64,000 nt of DNA from the NCBI GenBank assembly GCA_001662655.1, contig KV460252.1, one strand, 5' to 3'. Position 1 is the first letter of the stretch. Every line of letters begins with the position of its first letter. Made by a program: the position numbers and the translations under genes. This stretch comes from Pseudogymnoascus verrucosus (lineage: Eukaryota). The notes under the pieces were generated by a model. That model had not been told where the DNA came from. It did not search any database and saw only the letters and a program-made list of their open reading frames with translations. Positions 12,164 to 25,794 of this stretch are shown in pieces.

Positions 12164-12962
12164 ATGGACTCTTGTGAAAATTCAAACTGAGAGCTAAAAC
12201 CGTGCGTTAAAAGGTAAAAAATTACACCAATAGATTTATAGTGGGGGGGTATGATAAGAGATAGGGTTTGCCTTTAGCTCATTGGTATCAACCAGATCAA
12301 ACTTCCCCAACCTCAGAGCTCAGCGGAGTACTAATGCGATTGAACTGAAAGGGCAGCAATTGTATCCAAGAAAGCATCCTCGGATCCAGTAGCTCCTCCT
12401 AAATTACTATACTAAGGGGCTGCTTCGGGATGTCACCTGTCATTAAAATAACGACATAAGGTAACCGTAACGGGGCGAGGTGACCGTGACGGGGACCATC
12501 AAAATAACCAAATGAGGTCTTAGCTTCGGAAACAACGTGGTTAATCTGCAGTACTTCGGCAGTTGGCGCTACTTGTGTCTGGGGAAAGTTGTGATGGTTA
12601 CTGTTCGATTTCCCCGCATGGATTTCCCCGCAGTAATGCCTCGAGCCGATAAAATCCTACGTCTAATACAGCCCTGATGAAGTTAAGCCTGTTCGGCGGA
12701 AACGCGCCCCTATTGCCCCACTCCTCCCGAAGGTGCGCATGGGGAAACCTGGGGAACTTGACAATTATTGCTTCGAGAATTGTATATAAACTTAGCATCC
12801 TTTCACCTGTGGGTGTCTTTATGTTCTGTCTTATATTTACAGTCAACCAATACAGCTATTATCTTATTCTATTTTGGATATAGGCTCAAATTCGCATTTG
12901 ACCTGTCCTCAACCAGAAGTTTTTTCTCTCCCAACCAAAGAATTTACTGCTAGAGTGATATC

Positions 12963-14978
12963 ATGGTTGGAGTCTCAAATGAGGCGAGCAGCTCGCGGAT
13001 GCAGCAGCTTACCCAGGGCCGCAGGTTAGGCTTTCGGGGCCTGCTTGGCGCCAATCGTTACCTCCTTTTCTCCTCCCTCTTTGCCTGCATCGGATCATTC
13101 ATGTACGGCACTGATCAGGGGATTCTTTCCAACCTCTTAACAGGACAAAATTTTGCCTCCAAATTCCCAAGCGTTTATAGTGATCCTGTGCTCAAAGGAT
13201 GGGTTGTGTCTGTTTTGCAGTTAGGAGCATGGCTGGGAGCCTTAGTCAACGGCCCATTAGCCAACGCCATCTCGAGAAAATACAGCTTAACAGTGGCTGC
13301 ATTTGTAAGTTTAGCAATTTTGTCTTTCTCATGCTCAACTAAGAATATTATTTAGCTCTTCACCCTCGGCAGCGCCATATGTGCCGGTGCACAAAACGTC
13401 ACCTACCTCTTTGTGGGTCGTATCATAGCTGGGATTGCTGTAGGACAGATCTCCCACGTCGTACCTTTATACATGGCAGAGATCTCACCTTCTGAGTTCC
13501 GAGGAGCACTTGTTTCTTTACAGCAGCTGGGCATTAGTAAGTACAATATCCCTTCTTATGTCTTTGATACCCAGACTAATGCCCTTTTAGCTGCTGGAAT
13601 TATGGTTTCTTATTGGCTTTGTTATGGCACAAGTTTTGCAGGTGGCCAAGCCTGCGATGCAAACGAATCCGCGCCTTTCGGCGATTCCGGAGCCTGGAGT
13701 CCGTATACTGATGTTCCAGAAGGGGGCTGCACTGGGCAGACTGAACTCGCATGGAGATTGCCTTTAGCGTTGCAAGTGGCTCCTGCTCTGGTTCTGCTCT
13801 TGGGAGCGCCGTTCCTGCCATTCAGCCCGAGATGGCTGATGTCAAAGGGACGCGATGATGCATGCCGCGCTGCTATTAGCGAACTCCGGTCATTACCTCT
13901 GGACGACCCGATCGTCGAGACTGAGTACCTTGAAATAAAAGCTGCGGTTCTCTTTGATGAGCGTACAGCTGCAGAACTACACCCTGGCAAAAGTGGAATT
14001 TCTCTTACTTTCGCCAAAGTTGGTATGCTTTTTACGAACACGGGACTTTTTAAACGTCTGGCAACGGGTTGTATTATCATGTTTTTCCAGCAATTCACTG
14101 GCATCAATGCTATCATATAGTAAGTTCATACCTATCCTTGGGGTTCAAATTTACAGGCTAATCTCGAATTATAGTTATGCACCTACAATCTTCGGCAGTC
14201 TCGGACTCAATGCATCCACAACATCTTTATTAGCTACCGGTGTCCTTGGTGTCGTTGATTTTGTATTCACATTCCCCGCAATCTTTTGGGTTGACCGCTG
14301 GGGCCGCCGTAAATTCTTTATGGCTGGTGCTCTTGGCATGATGGTTTCTCACGTCATTGTCGCTGCCATTGTTGGTCATTACGACGGGAACTTTAATGTC
14401 CCTGGTGGTAAAGTTGCTGGATGGGTTGGAGTTGTTTTCATCTACGTAAGGTTACCCGTTGCAACGTTCAAAGAATATTTCTAACTAGAGTTCAGATGAT
14501 GGGCGCTAACTTCTCTTACTCGTGGGGCCCTGTTGCATGGCTGGTGCCCGCTGAGATCTTCTCCCCAGGCCATCGCAGTCAGGCTGTTAGTATTATTATT
14601 AGCTGCAACTACATGATGAATGTAAGTTCTCATAAGCTTCTCTCACAACATGTTTTATCTAACAAATCATTCTAGTTTGTTGTAGGACAAGTGACGCCCA
14701 ACATGCTCGACAAGCTAAAGTACGGGACTTACATATTATTCGCCAGCTTCTGTCTGCTCATGTTTCTCTGGGTCTTTTTCTTCCTGCCTGAGACCCGCTA
14801 CAAAACGCTCGAGGAGATGGACGAAGTGTTTGGCGACAATTCTGCTACGGTTGATCGTGAGCGAATGCAAGAAATTATGGCAGAGATTGGTCTCGAGCAA
14901 ACTCCACAGCAAATTGCTGAGAGGTTGAGCGATGAAAAAGACAGAGAGGAGTACATGGAGAACACAAAAAATGTATGA
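12963..14978 (+). CDS. MFS sugar porter family transporter (multi-exon)
   Basis: GSFMYGTDQG, VPLYMAEISPSEFRG, PFSPRWL, FFQQFTGINAI, VDRWGRR, SWGPVAW and PETRYKTLEEMD motifs; GT-AG introns link the ORF pieces. Confidence 0.93.
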
Positions 14979-15430
14979 ACATTAGCTATATGATAGACAT
15001 CTTCTTAATATAGAGGGGTCAAATCTATTCGCAGTTCGGCCGTATACTATAGCTTATGCTTAGGTGCTCATGTGAACTGCATTTAGGTGGCAGTGAGGCG
15101 GAAGACAGAGAGCAGACCCCTAAAAATATTACGGGCAGTTGAAAGTTCTCGGAGATAATCTATAAATTAAACTCGCGTACCTAGAGGATACGGCTAGAAA
15201 TGGCCCCTTATGAGACCAACAAGGGCAATTCATCATGCAATACGGGAACCACCCACGTAGAGAATGGGGGCCAGGGGGGACTCATTTTTTGCAGAGAGTA
15301 GATATAATGCCAAAAGCCAAAACAGGCTTCTTACGACAAGCGGACACAGACATAGAATGTATCAAAATGGTTCTGCATAGAATACTAAAGCCGTCTATTG
15401 ATTATAGAAATCTATTGGTTTTTATACAAA

Positions 15431-16592
15431 TTAATGAGTCTTGCCCTCAACAGCGCCTTGCGTTCCCTCCAGATCACTATACAATCTCCATTGATAGTCT
15501 AGGCTGGGATCGTTGAATCTTGCCTTGATGTCCAACTCAGCAATTTTCTCCATGTCTTCAGCTTCCATCTCGAAGTCGGCCTCCAAGTTCTGCTGGATCT
15601 GCCAGTCAATGACACTCTTGGGAATCGCCGAGCGTCCACTGTTCACAGCCCAAGCTAGAACAACCTGCACAGGGCTCCTCCCATATTTCTTTCCAATCTC
15701 TTGTAGAACAGGTTGGTCAGTCACTCGGGTCATGTGCGAGACCTCCTTGCTCCAACCGGTGTTTCGGTAGAAATCGTTCATGTTGCCCAGCGGGCTAAAT
15801 TGGACGACGTGGATTCCCTTGCTTCGAAGCCATGCGTTGAAGTCCTTTTGCTGGAGATATGGGTGAACTTCCATCTGATGGACGGCTGGTACCTTTGAAT
15901 GGAGACTCAGTAAAGTTAAAAATTTTGGGTGATTGACAGTGTTTGTTAGTACTTACTGTATCAGATTGATCGAGTAATTGTTGGATTTCTCCCTTGCTAA
16001 AATTGGACACCCCGATGGCCTTGGTCTTCCCCGTCTTCACAAGCTTCTCCATCGCCTTCCATGTCTCTACAAAACTTGTCTTTCCCAGAATCATCTTTCC
16101 ATCCGCGTCGCGGGGGAAACGATCTTCTCCACGGGCAAATGTGCAAGGATAGTGCATCATCAACAAGTCGACATACGGTGTGTCGAGATCCCGCAGGGAA
16201 TCGTCAAGAGCGCTCTCAACATCGTCGGGATGGAAGTTGTTGCACCACAATTTGGTGCCGACGCAAACCTCCTCGCGAGCAACACCGCTTTCTTTGATTC
16301 CATGTCCCACCTGCTTCTCAACGTCGTAGACGCGCGCTGTGTCGATTAGGCGGCAGCCTGCTTTCAACGCCCGGCTGACAGCATCGACTTGTGCATCGGC
16401 ATCTTGGAATGTACCAAACCCAATGGCTGGGATTTTAGCTCCTGTGTTAAGCGTATGCCGGGTCGACCTCGTTGAAGCAGCACGGCGGGCATTTCGTGAA
16501 TGAAAAGATAGCACTGTTTGCACCTGGGTCCTCTTCAAAAAAGTGTTCAAAGCATTCGATGTCCGCACAGGTAGAACGAATATAGAAGCCAT
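15431..16592 (-). CDS. Aldo-keto reductase with N-terminal mitochondrial-presequence-like extension (2 exons)
   Basis: LNTGAKIPAIGFGT, catalytic tetrad D(TA)/Y/(GT)K/H, KAIGVSNF, QMEVHPY and IPKS; intron ~15956-15893. Confidence 0.92.
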
Positions 16593-16899
16593 AATGCTGC
16601 AAGTCGAAAGGATACGATAGCCGGTAGGACTGCGTTGTACTGTATCACTAGTCGGGCTGTTAGAGTTTCGTTGCCAGCAAAAAACTCCGTGAACTTCGAA
16701 ATCCTTATAGGGGTGCTATTCGTATTATTATTAAGCCCAAGTAAGAGACTCAATGGATGGGATGTAATAATATACACATCGTTGAGACGGCCATCGCTAG
16801 ACTCGGGACATTGCGCACATGTCCTGTAACCCCGCGTTCGTTCCGCGCCGCCATGACAGTGTAGTCCCCGTAACGAGGCACAACGCCAACACGGGAGCT

Positions 16900-17078
16900 T
16901 ACGGAGTACAGTGCTCCATCAACCTCACCAAAGCTAGTGTTGTAGGAATAACCACCACTTTCTCAAGAGTACGCTTCTCCAATTGTCCGTTTACGGAGCA
17001 CAATACTCCATCAGCTTCAGCAAAGCCAGTGTTGTGACAACAATCAGCACCTTTTCGGAGTATGCTCCTCCACCCGTC
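16900..17078 (+). repeat. Two imperfect ~92-bp tandem repeats
   Basis: TACGGAGTACAGTGCTCCATCAACCTCACCAAAGCTAGTGTTGT.. (16900) versus TACGGAGCACAATACTCCATCAGCTTCAGCAAAGCCAGTGTTGT.. (16992). Confidence 0.8.
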
Positions 17079-17333
17079 TATAGAAATAGAAGTGGTGCAG
17101 CAATGTGCAATTATTTCTCGGATTACTTCGTGCTAATTGTAACTTGGCTTAAGATCGCATTGTAATTTGTAGTCGTTGCAAAGAGACTCGACCTCTTGTA
17201 AGATTTAAGAAACTATGAAATATTAGGACAGCAAGAAGAAAGGTATCAAAACTATACTGCTTAAATCAGGTAATGAGGAATAGACTCTATTGTTTTGTTA
17301 CCATTACATATAAACTAGTAGATACGGTCCATT

Positions 17334-18240
17334 TTAAGGAAGTGTAAACCCTCCGTCGATGATAATATTTGACCCTGTCATATAGCAAGCAGCATCGCTG
17401 GCTAGAAAAACGTAGAGCTGCAGAACCTAGTTAGTATCCAGTGCGTGAAACTTTAGACAATCCACTTACGCCCTTCAACTCCTCGGGGTTGCACACACGC
17501 CCTGCGGGAATCATAGACAACCATTTGTCAATGAGTTCTTTTGGTTGTCTTGTCAACACTACCAGAATGAGTCAGTTTCCATGATATCGGATGGTAAGGG
17601 CAAACATACTCTCAGTCATGATGTATCCTGGTGAAACACAATTCACTCTTGCAAAATCGACCCATTCTACAGCAAGACTCTTCCCGAGTTGTAGAGCACC
17701 AGCCTTTGAGGAATTGTATGCAGCCTGAGTCTGTGGGACGTTTACGAGGTTGGCACTGACAGATGCCGTGATAATCAGGTTCCCTCTTCCTTGCTTCTTG
17801 AAGATCCGCCCAGCTGCTACTGCGGTCCACATAACACCATCGTAGTTGACACTATTCATATAATTCCAGGTTTCTTCATCGTACTCCAGAGATGGGACGT
17901 TTTGGCACACCCCTGCGTTCGCGATGACAATGTCGAGGCGGCCACGGCCGAATTCGGTTGCTATCTGCTCAATCGTCTTTGCTATCGTTTCTCGTTTTGT
18001 TACGTCGGATTGAAAGGCCTGAACTCGTACTCCTGTTTTTTCAGCAATCTTGGCTGCGATCTCATGGGCATCGGTTGCTTTATGGTAGATAATTGCAACG
18101 TCGGCTCCAGCCTCGGCGAGACCAGTAACGACTTGACGACCGATACCCCCTGAGCCACCTGTAACCAGTGCTATTTTGCCCTTGAGGGAGAACTGCGATA
18201 ACACAGGCGTATTGAGGTCAGCCGGCTGGTAGAGAGGCAT
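17334..18240 (-). CDS. Short-chain dehydrogenase/reductase, L-xylulose/sorbose reductase (mannitol DH)-like (3 exons)
   Basis: TGGSGGIG, NAG, NVPQTQAAYNSSKA (YxxxK), RVNCVSPG and C-terminal YMTGSNIIIDGGFTLP*. Confidence 0.9.
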
Positions 18241-18938
18241 ATTGAAAGATTGGTCAAAGGACGTTCTGAATTAAAATAAAGGTCGGACAGGACGAACTGA
18301 GCGGGAAATGCGGACAACACTGTTGGAAGGGAACTGCTTCTTTATTACAGGCCATGAGACAATTCTCCCTCTGTTCCTAAGCCAGTCTTTATAACCCACG
18401 CAAGCAGATCTCCCGGCAAGTAAATACACGCTACATGAAGATTATATCAAAAGTCTCCGTCAATCTGTTTTTCATTTGAATTGTAACTACTCTTCCGAAG
18501 CTGGTATTGATGGGCAGTTCCCGGGTTCAGCCACAAAGCGATTAGTACCTCTCGGGACGAGGCCATACTCGTAACGAGGTCCCTCGCTATCATGGTTTAA
18601 TTCACCATCAAAAAAGTCAATTCCCGGATCCGCACATGTCTACAACCCGAAAAGTGGATTTGCCATGCGCCAATTCCCCATGGGGCCCCGCGGATTTGAC
18701 AGGTCTTAGAGCGACTACCATCCCCAGGATCGGGATTGCGTTTATCATTAATGCATCAGCTTATGTCCAATTTCCGGAAAAATATAACTACTTATGACTC
18801 TCTAATTCCTCATAGAAATCCCGTACAATATATATATAGACTAGCTACGATCTATATGCGCTGGCATAGCAAGTGTTTAAGTTACCCAAACTTTTATAGA
18901 ACTTGTTTTACTTTTTGTCATATTCCCTCGCAAGCAGG

Positions 18939-20741
18939 ATGGGGTTCTTCTCCTTGGATCAGCACCAAGGGTGGATGGTACAGTCGAAATTGGAGAAAGG
19001 TCGTCTTTTGTTTGCAGCCAACTGCCTGGCTGGCATGTCCATATTCTTCTTCGGTAAGTGTACTCTAATCGAATTGTGATAGTGAGTAGTGGTGTTAATA
19101 ATATGCAGGTTACGATCAGGGAATGATGGGTGGTGTCAATCAAAGCCCAGACTATATCAACCTCATGAAGTTCGGTTATGTCGACGATGCAGGCGTTCCT
19201 GTTGTCACAGATACCCTTTTACAGGGGGGGATAATGGCGGTTTTCTACCTCGGAACGCTCGTTGGCTGTCTGTTCGGCGGCTACTTCGGTGACAAATACG
19301 GAAGAATCAACACTATCGGTCTAGGTGCTGCCTGGGGAATTTTTGGAGCTGCTCTCCAATGCTCCGCAATGAACTCCAACTGGATGATCGGCGCCAGGCT
19401 TGTCAACGGTATCGGCACAGGTATCTTGAATGGAATTGTTCCGGCTTGGGCATCGGAGCTGTCTGACTATACTACTCGTGGAACATTCATCGCCATGGAG
19501 TTTACTCTCAATATTTTCGGTGTTGTCGTCGCATATTGGTTAGCATATGGAGTTAGTTTCATTGATGGTGGAGAGTCAGCATTCCGTTGGCGTTTTCCGA
19601 TTGCCTTTCAGATAATCCCACTTCTGTGTCTCCTTGCTACTTGCTGGGCATTTCCAGAATCTCCTCGCTGGTTGTCTAAAGTCGGAAGGAACGAAGAGGC
19701 CCTCTACATTCTCCAGAGACTCCGAGGCACGGAGGGGACAGACGCCGGTGTCGCCGAAGCCGAACTTAATTCCATTAAATCCGTCATCGAACTCGAACAA
19801 CACGCCGAAGGTACCACTTATATCCAGATGTTTTTCGGTCTCAAAGATGGCAAGCTACATACAGCCCGTCGCGTTCAGTTGGTCATCTGGCTGCAAATCA
19901 TTCAATGTTGGACTGGTATCGCCGGTGTTACCATGTATGGGCCGACTATCTTCCATATCGCTGGTTTTGGGCCCGAGAAGTCGCAGTGGATATCCGGCCT
20001 GAACAATATATTCTACATGTTCTCAACACTTATCTGTGTTTTCACGATTGACCGCATCGGGCGCCGCTGGACTCTGTATTGGGGCTCCGTGGGACAAGGC
20101 ATTGCTATGTTCCTAGTTGGTGGCCTTTCTAGAGGTGGATTGGACGCAAGAAACGCTGGAAATATCAACAATGCAAACCAGTGGGGTGCTGCAGCGGCGA
20201 CTATGATCTATGTATATACTTTTATTTTTGGAGCAACTTGGCTGACGGTGCCTTGGCTGTATCCTGCCGAAATCTTTCCTCTTCAGGTTCGTGCTAAAGG
20301 AAACGCATGGGGTGTTGTGGGATGGTCGATTGGAAATGGTAAGTAAAGACAAACCCAAACCTCAAGAATTATAACTGACTATTTTTAGCCACACTCACTT
20401 TAGTCCTTCCATATATCGTCAATGCGATTAACGAAAAGATGTTTTACATTTTTGGAGTTGTCAATGCTCTCAGTATTCCTATTGGTATGTCTTCGACTAC
20501 AATTCCGTTTTTTTATGTGGCTGAGACCTAATATGGAACAGTTTGGGCACTATATCCAGAATCAAACCAGCGAACGCTTGAGGAGATGGATCTTTTGTTT
20601 GCTGCTGACGCGCCTTGGACCTGGTCTGCTGAGAAGAAATTCAAAGAGCTTAAGGAGGAGCGTGACGCAGCAGGTCTGGATGGTGATTTTGAGGCGAAAG
20701 CTGCACACCCAGCGAGCCATGTTGAAGATAATAAGGTGTGA
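18939..20741 (+). CDS. MFS sugar porter family transporter (STL1-like polyol/glycerol symporter subtype; 4 exons)
   Basis: FFGYDQG, GDKYGR, WRFPIAFQ, FPESPRWL, IDRIGRR, WLYPAEIFPLQVRAKG and YPESNQRTLEEMD. Confidence 0.92.
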
Positions 20742-21650
20742 GAGGAAGAGGTGTAGCTCTAGGGGAAATATGTTAAAGAATGTTTGATACTTCGTTTCAT
20801 AAGCTTCTCTTTGTTTCTTGTAGTCCCACGACGATAAAGTAGTGGCACAGGAAGAAACAGAGCGAGGCTTGCAGAGGAGAGATCGCTAGTTTTTGGGTTA
20901 AACAGCTTTATCTATTCTACAACAAATACAGTAATTATTCCAATCAACTTTATAAACTTATCTTGGATTGTGCTGTTGTTTGTTATTTATTCAGCCTATT
21001 CTACCTTGCCGAAAAATATTTATTTTAGATAGCTGTCGTATACGGGTCTTATGCCTGTCCAGGGACTCAATCCTGAGTTGCGAACGATGGCCTTTTCGGA
21101 TCACCGCTATACGACCCATGTTAGAGGCCGGGGACCGTCTTATGCCCGCAAATTGGGCTGGACTGTCATACAATCAGCATACGACGACTACCAATTTGTA
21201 TGGTGTACTGATAAGGTAGTCGGAAGTCCGCCGAGTGTGTCTGTAGATCCTGGGCTTGGCGGGGGCCGGGTCCGGGGGTGATGGGTGTAGTGGGATTTGG
21301 GTTCGCCAATGGGAATCCAATGGCGGAGTTGCGGGTGTTGGTTGGTTGTGTGGAGTGCCAGGATTTCCCGGGGACATCGTGCCCCGGACAGCATCCTGGT
21401 ATGTGGCTGCCACATGTGCCGTGGATGGAACCCTGTCGTCCTCGTTACGAGGCAGGTGTGTCGAGACGAGGTGATGGGGATCATCAAGTTATAGGAACGA
21501 CGTGCGACAACGGACAGCTCGAGGGCATATATAAACGATTTCGTCAGCTTTGACCACAAAATATCACTCTTAGAAACCAATACATCGTCATTATCAGCAT
21601 TATCTTCTCCCGAATTTTACTTTTTCGATATACAGAATTCAACCGATATC

Positions 21651-22672
21651 ATGGGTAGCGAAGTAACTGCTGCGGCGGCCTCACACCTCCCCGTCCAGAT
21701 GCAAGTCAATCTTGGAGGAAAAATAATTGCCAGTATGCATTCATTCTTCTATTGCTCTGTCCACCTCAGTATTTTCTAACAAGTTTACCCAACTAGTTAC
21801 TGGCGCAAATCGTGGCATTGGTCTCGGCATCGCTGAGTGCTGTTTGGCCAACGGCGCCTCAAAAGTATACAGCATTGATTACGCAGACGATGTTGGCGAC
21901 GACTTCAAAACCCTCTCAAAAGTGTACCCGGGCCAGCTATTTGCTCTGAAGGCGGATGTGACGAAGGAGCAGAGTATTACGGAAGCTATCGACAAGGTGC
22001 TTGAAGAGGCGGGCGCATTGCACGGTGTGGTGGTCAACGCAGGACGAACAAATCACAAGAGTGCGCTCGAGTTCACGACTGAAGAGATTGAGGCCTTGTT
22101 TGCTGTTAACGTGAGTTCCCATCTCCCCCTCTCTCAATTTTCTTTCATGCTCCCCCCCTCCCTGTTAGAAATGACCCTTGCTAACGCGAAATGCAGCTTT
22201 TCGGAGCCTTCTACACTGCCCGCGTCGCCGCTCGCGCTTTTATCAAACAAAACGTCAAGGGAAGCATCGTATTCACAGCATCGATGGCTAGTTACCGCCC
22301 CAACAAAGTCGTCCCCTCGACACCATACGGTGCCTCGAAGGGTGGAGTCCGCAACATGACACATACGTTAGCCATGGAATGGGCACAGTACGGTATCCGA
22401 GTGAACTCCGTCTCTCCCGGACTTGTGAAGACGGCTATGACTTACTGGGTTGAGAAGCAAGCCGATTGGGAGACGCAATTGAAGTACTACCGGGGCATCC
22501 CGAGGCTCGCAGAGGTGCAGGAGTTGGGTGGAGCATATGTTTATCTGCTGAGTGATTCTGCAAGTTATACAACTAGCATTGATATCCCAGTGAACGGTGT
22601 TATTGGCAGTAAGTATTGATTCTACGTTGTCTAATCTACTCTAATCATACTGACAACTTTCTAGTCTGCTAA
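21651..22672 (+). CDS. Short-chain dehydrogenase/reductase (4 exons)
   Basis: VTGANRGIG, VNAG, SMAS, PYGASKG (YxxxK) and IRVNSVSPG; final micro-exon ends in TAA at 22670-22672. Confidence 0.9.
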
Positions 22673-23021
22673 ACGATTTACATAGAACGTCATGAATTAA
22701 TAGAAATAGAGTATATAAAATGCAGAAGTAAATCATTTCTTATACGCTATGGTACATCATTGTGATTGTTTGATATTTGTGAGATTGTGGGCCGATTAGT
22801 ATTGTCAATGTCTAGTATAACGCTCACGATCTGCGTTGTGAAAAGGTTTCTGTAGTTGTGGTGACAATAGGATCAATCCGCCATGGGGTATATAAGTAGG
22901 TCGCAGGTTCGAGAGCCACAGGGAGTAAAATAAACTAGTCTGGCTGGTGCTGTTGCTGTCAATCGGTGATTGATCTTATATTTCTCGGAGCTAGAAAGAA
23001 GAGAAACTGCCTTTCCTGCTT

Positions 23022-24159
23022 TCACAACCCAAGCAAATCCCCTTTCAGCTCCGGGTTTAACTGTGCCCTCCACATCTTTTTCTCATTCAATAAAAACATC
23101 TCCCCTCCCTTCCCAAAGCAAAAGTTTGCACATCCACCAGGGACATAAACCTTTCCAATCAACATTCCTCCAGGGCTCCAGACGTGCACTCCATCTCCAC
23201 ATCCACTGTATACGTTCCCCTCTGTGTCGCATTTGATACCATCAGGGATACCCACATCAGCAAAGGCGAACAGTCGCTTATTGGCGAGGAATGGACCACC
23301 GTGGCGTGTTATAACGTCAAATGCATATCTGTGAAGAGTTGTCAATTGGACGTATTCGTTTTGCGGACAAATGGTATACTTACATGGAGGCAGCCTTCGC
23401 CGGAGAATAAATCCCAGAAGTATGTGTACAGCCAGCCATACCTGCAGTGTCCGTAATGTACAAAGTCAGCTGGTCAGGAGAGAAACATAGTCCATTTGGT
23501 TTCGTGAGGCTGTCATCCATCGCCCTGATATCTCCGGTTCCGGGATCGTATCGGTATGTCTGTGGGGGCAATTGTGGCAATGGTCGAATGCCCTGTTCAT
23601 GCCCGTATGTTGGGTCCGTAAACCAGATACTCCCGTCCTTGTGAATGACCACATCATTGACCGAATTAAATTGTCGTCCGTGATAATCACTTATGATCAT
23701 TTCAGTCTTATACGGCTCCTCCGGCTTCATGTAGACCAGACCGCCAGGCTCAGTGAGAGAGCCCTGCTCACAGAACAAGATGCCTTCCCGATAATTGACG
23801 CCGCCATTAGCTAAAACAATGTCTGGCTCGATACTATCGACATGATAGCCTTTCCAATCGTTGTAAACTCTCGAAATCTGGACATATTTCTCCCCAGCGC
23901 AGAGTAGATGGTTGCTCGTGATATATACTTCTCCCGTGGCAGGCATATACACACCTGCCTCGTGAGCAAATGGTTCAATTTGTTCTGCGATGACTTTGAT
24001 AGTGGGGTTGCTGCCCAGTATCTGAGAGAAGCGTTCATCGTGAAGGACAAAGCCTCCTTCTGGGAGACAGCCCTCGGCGAATGGTTCTCGGAAGTATTTT
24101 TTACGCATTGAAGCAAGCTCCTTGCGAGGATAGACGATGCATGACTCCGAGACAGACAT
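23022..24159 (-). CDS. SMP-30/gluconolactonase/LRE family lactonase (2 exons)
   Basis: FAHEAGVY, ANGG, FNSVNDV, IWFTDPTYG, KPNGLCFSPD and GIPDGIKCD metal-binding beta-propeller motifs; intron ~23383-23329. Confidence 0.9.
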
Positions 24160-24613
24160 TTTTGCTGTAGACGTCGTTTTAGGCCACAAGTCAAAAAGTT
24201 GGAGGAGCCGGGTTGAAGGTAAAGGTGGGGTGGGTCATGACCGAAATATATATAGTTGTTTTGTTAGGCGCGCGTCTCGTTTATCACGCAACCTCCCGGA
24301 AACAGCCAGAACTTATTACACAAAGCCATGTGTAAAGTGGATAATGGTATATGCGCCTGTTTTCCCCTTTTTGAACCTCTTATCAGTACTCTTTTTAATG
24401 GTTATTAAATATGAGATTTATAGGAGAATGGAAAGTGTTGTCGCCGTTGATAATTATACTATATGAATCTTGTGACCCATGAAATTGTCATTCATTTATG
24501 ACCAATTTATTACATGAATTCAGACAAGAGCCACTGTAATTGCCCAAATTATCATACACAATGTGGACTTTTTGCATTGATATAGTTGTTTCATTATACT
24601 CGTAGAATTGGTA

Positions 24614-25794
24614 TTAACAAACTGTGTATCCACCATCAACCTTTATTTCTTGCCCAGTGATATACCTCGATGCAGCAGAAGATAAGAACGCAACGGTTCC
24701 CATGAGTTCTTCTGGTGCCCCCATCTTGCCTTGGGGGATTTTGGATTCCCACTCTGCCTTTAATCCAGGGTTGTCGACAAGAATTTGAGCGTCCCTAAGG
24801 CGGAGTCAGCATCAGAGAGAATGCAGAATAGTATGATATCGACTCACATGGCAATTTCAGTAAGCATGTACCCTGGGCTTAGACAATTCACGCGGATATC
24901 CTTATTCGCCCACTCGACCGCTAAACTTGCAGCCAAATGCCTGACGGCCGCTTTGCTTGCATTGTACAAGGCCTGTGGCTGGGGCACATTCACAATGCTG
25001 CCAGAGATACTTCCGATAAACACCATGTTTCCGGCTATTTGACGTTCCATCATGTGCTTCGCAACGCCTGTCGCGAAATAGTAGGTACCTTCAACATTTA
25101 CGCCCAACATCCGCTTGATCCGTTCTGGCTGGAAATCGATGGCGTCACAATTCTCACAGAAGCCTGCGCAAGTTACCAGATTTGTGATCTGTGAATGCTG
25201 CGTGAGGATTTCGGCAATGGCAGCGTCGACATCGGATTTCGCGGAGACATCGGCATAGTGAGCTGTTACTTTGGGAGTCCTTTTCGGACACTAGTTAGAG
25301 CATGAGACATTGGGACGAAGGGGAAGGCTCACTTTTGATTGGGGTATGTCTCTGAAAATAATCTCGCAATGGCTACAGCTTGCTTTTTTGCCTCATCTTC
25401 TGTTCATGAATTAGTACAGCTTTATGTATCAATGAAGGGTAGATTGTAACTTGCTGTTTATGTCAACAATTGCTAAATCAGCTCCGCTCATAACGAGCGC
25501 CTTGCTCATCGCGAGGCCAAGTCCTCTCGCTCCGCCAGTAATTACTGCCGTCTTTCCTGTGAGCGAGAAGAAGGGCAATGTTGGATTGAAAGCTGGCGTA
25601 GTAGCGCCTGCATTCTCTCGACTATTCTTTGACATTGTTCCCGCTTTGATTGATCCGTCTACCTGTGATATTTGCTGGAGCTTTGCGTAATTTTGGAAGG
25701 TTCTTATCGGAGTCCGGCTCGTACGCGCAAGGTTTATCGGCGGCCAACAGCGAAGAGCTCTTCTTGCAGTTGACAACGTTCGTAGGGAAGACAT
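24614..25794 (-). CDS. SDR, D-arabinitol 2-dehydrogenase-like, with mitochondrial-presequence-like N-terminus (4 exons)
   Basis: ITGGARGLG, LVTCAGFCEN, NVPQPQALYNASKA, RVNCLSPGYM and YITGQEIKVDGGYTVC*. Confidence 0.88.

Noticed and set aside
7300..12900. Starship captain (DUF3435 tyrosine recombinase) or transposase at the block edge
   Set aside because: No long ORF or recognisable recombinase, DDE or RT motifs; no terminal inverted repeats or convincing target-site duplication found by eye.
16900..17078. CRISPR-like interpretation of the tandem repeat
   Set aside because: Two degenerate contiguous copies with no spacers, in a eukaryotic context without cas genes.
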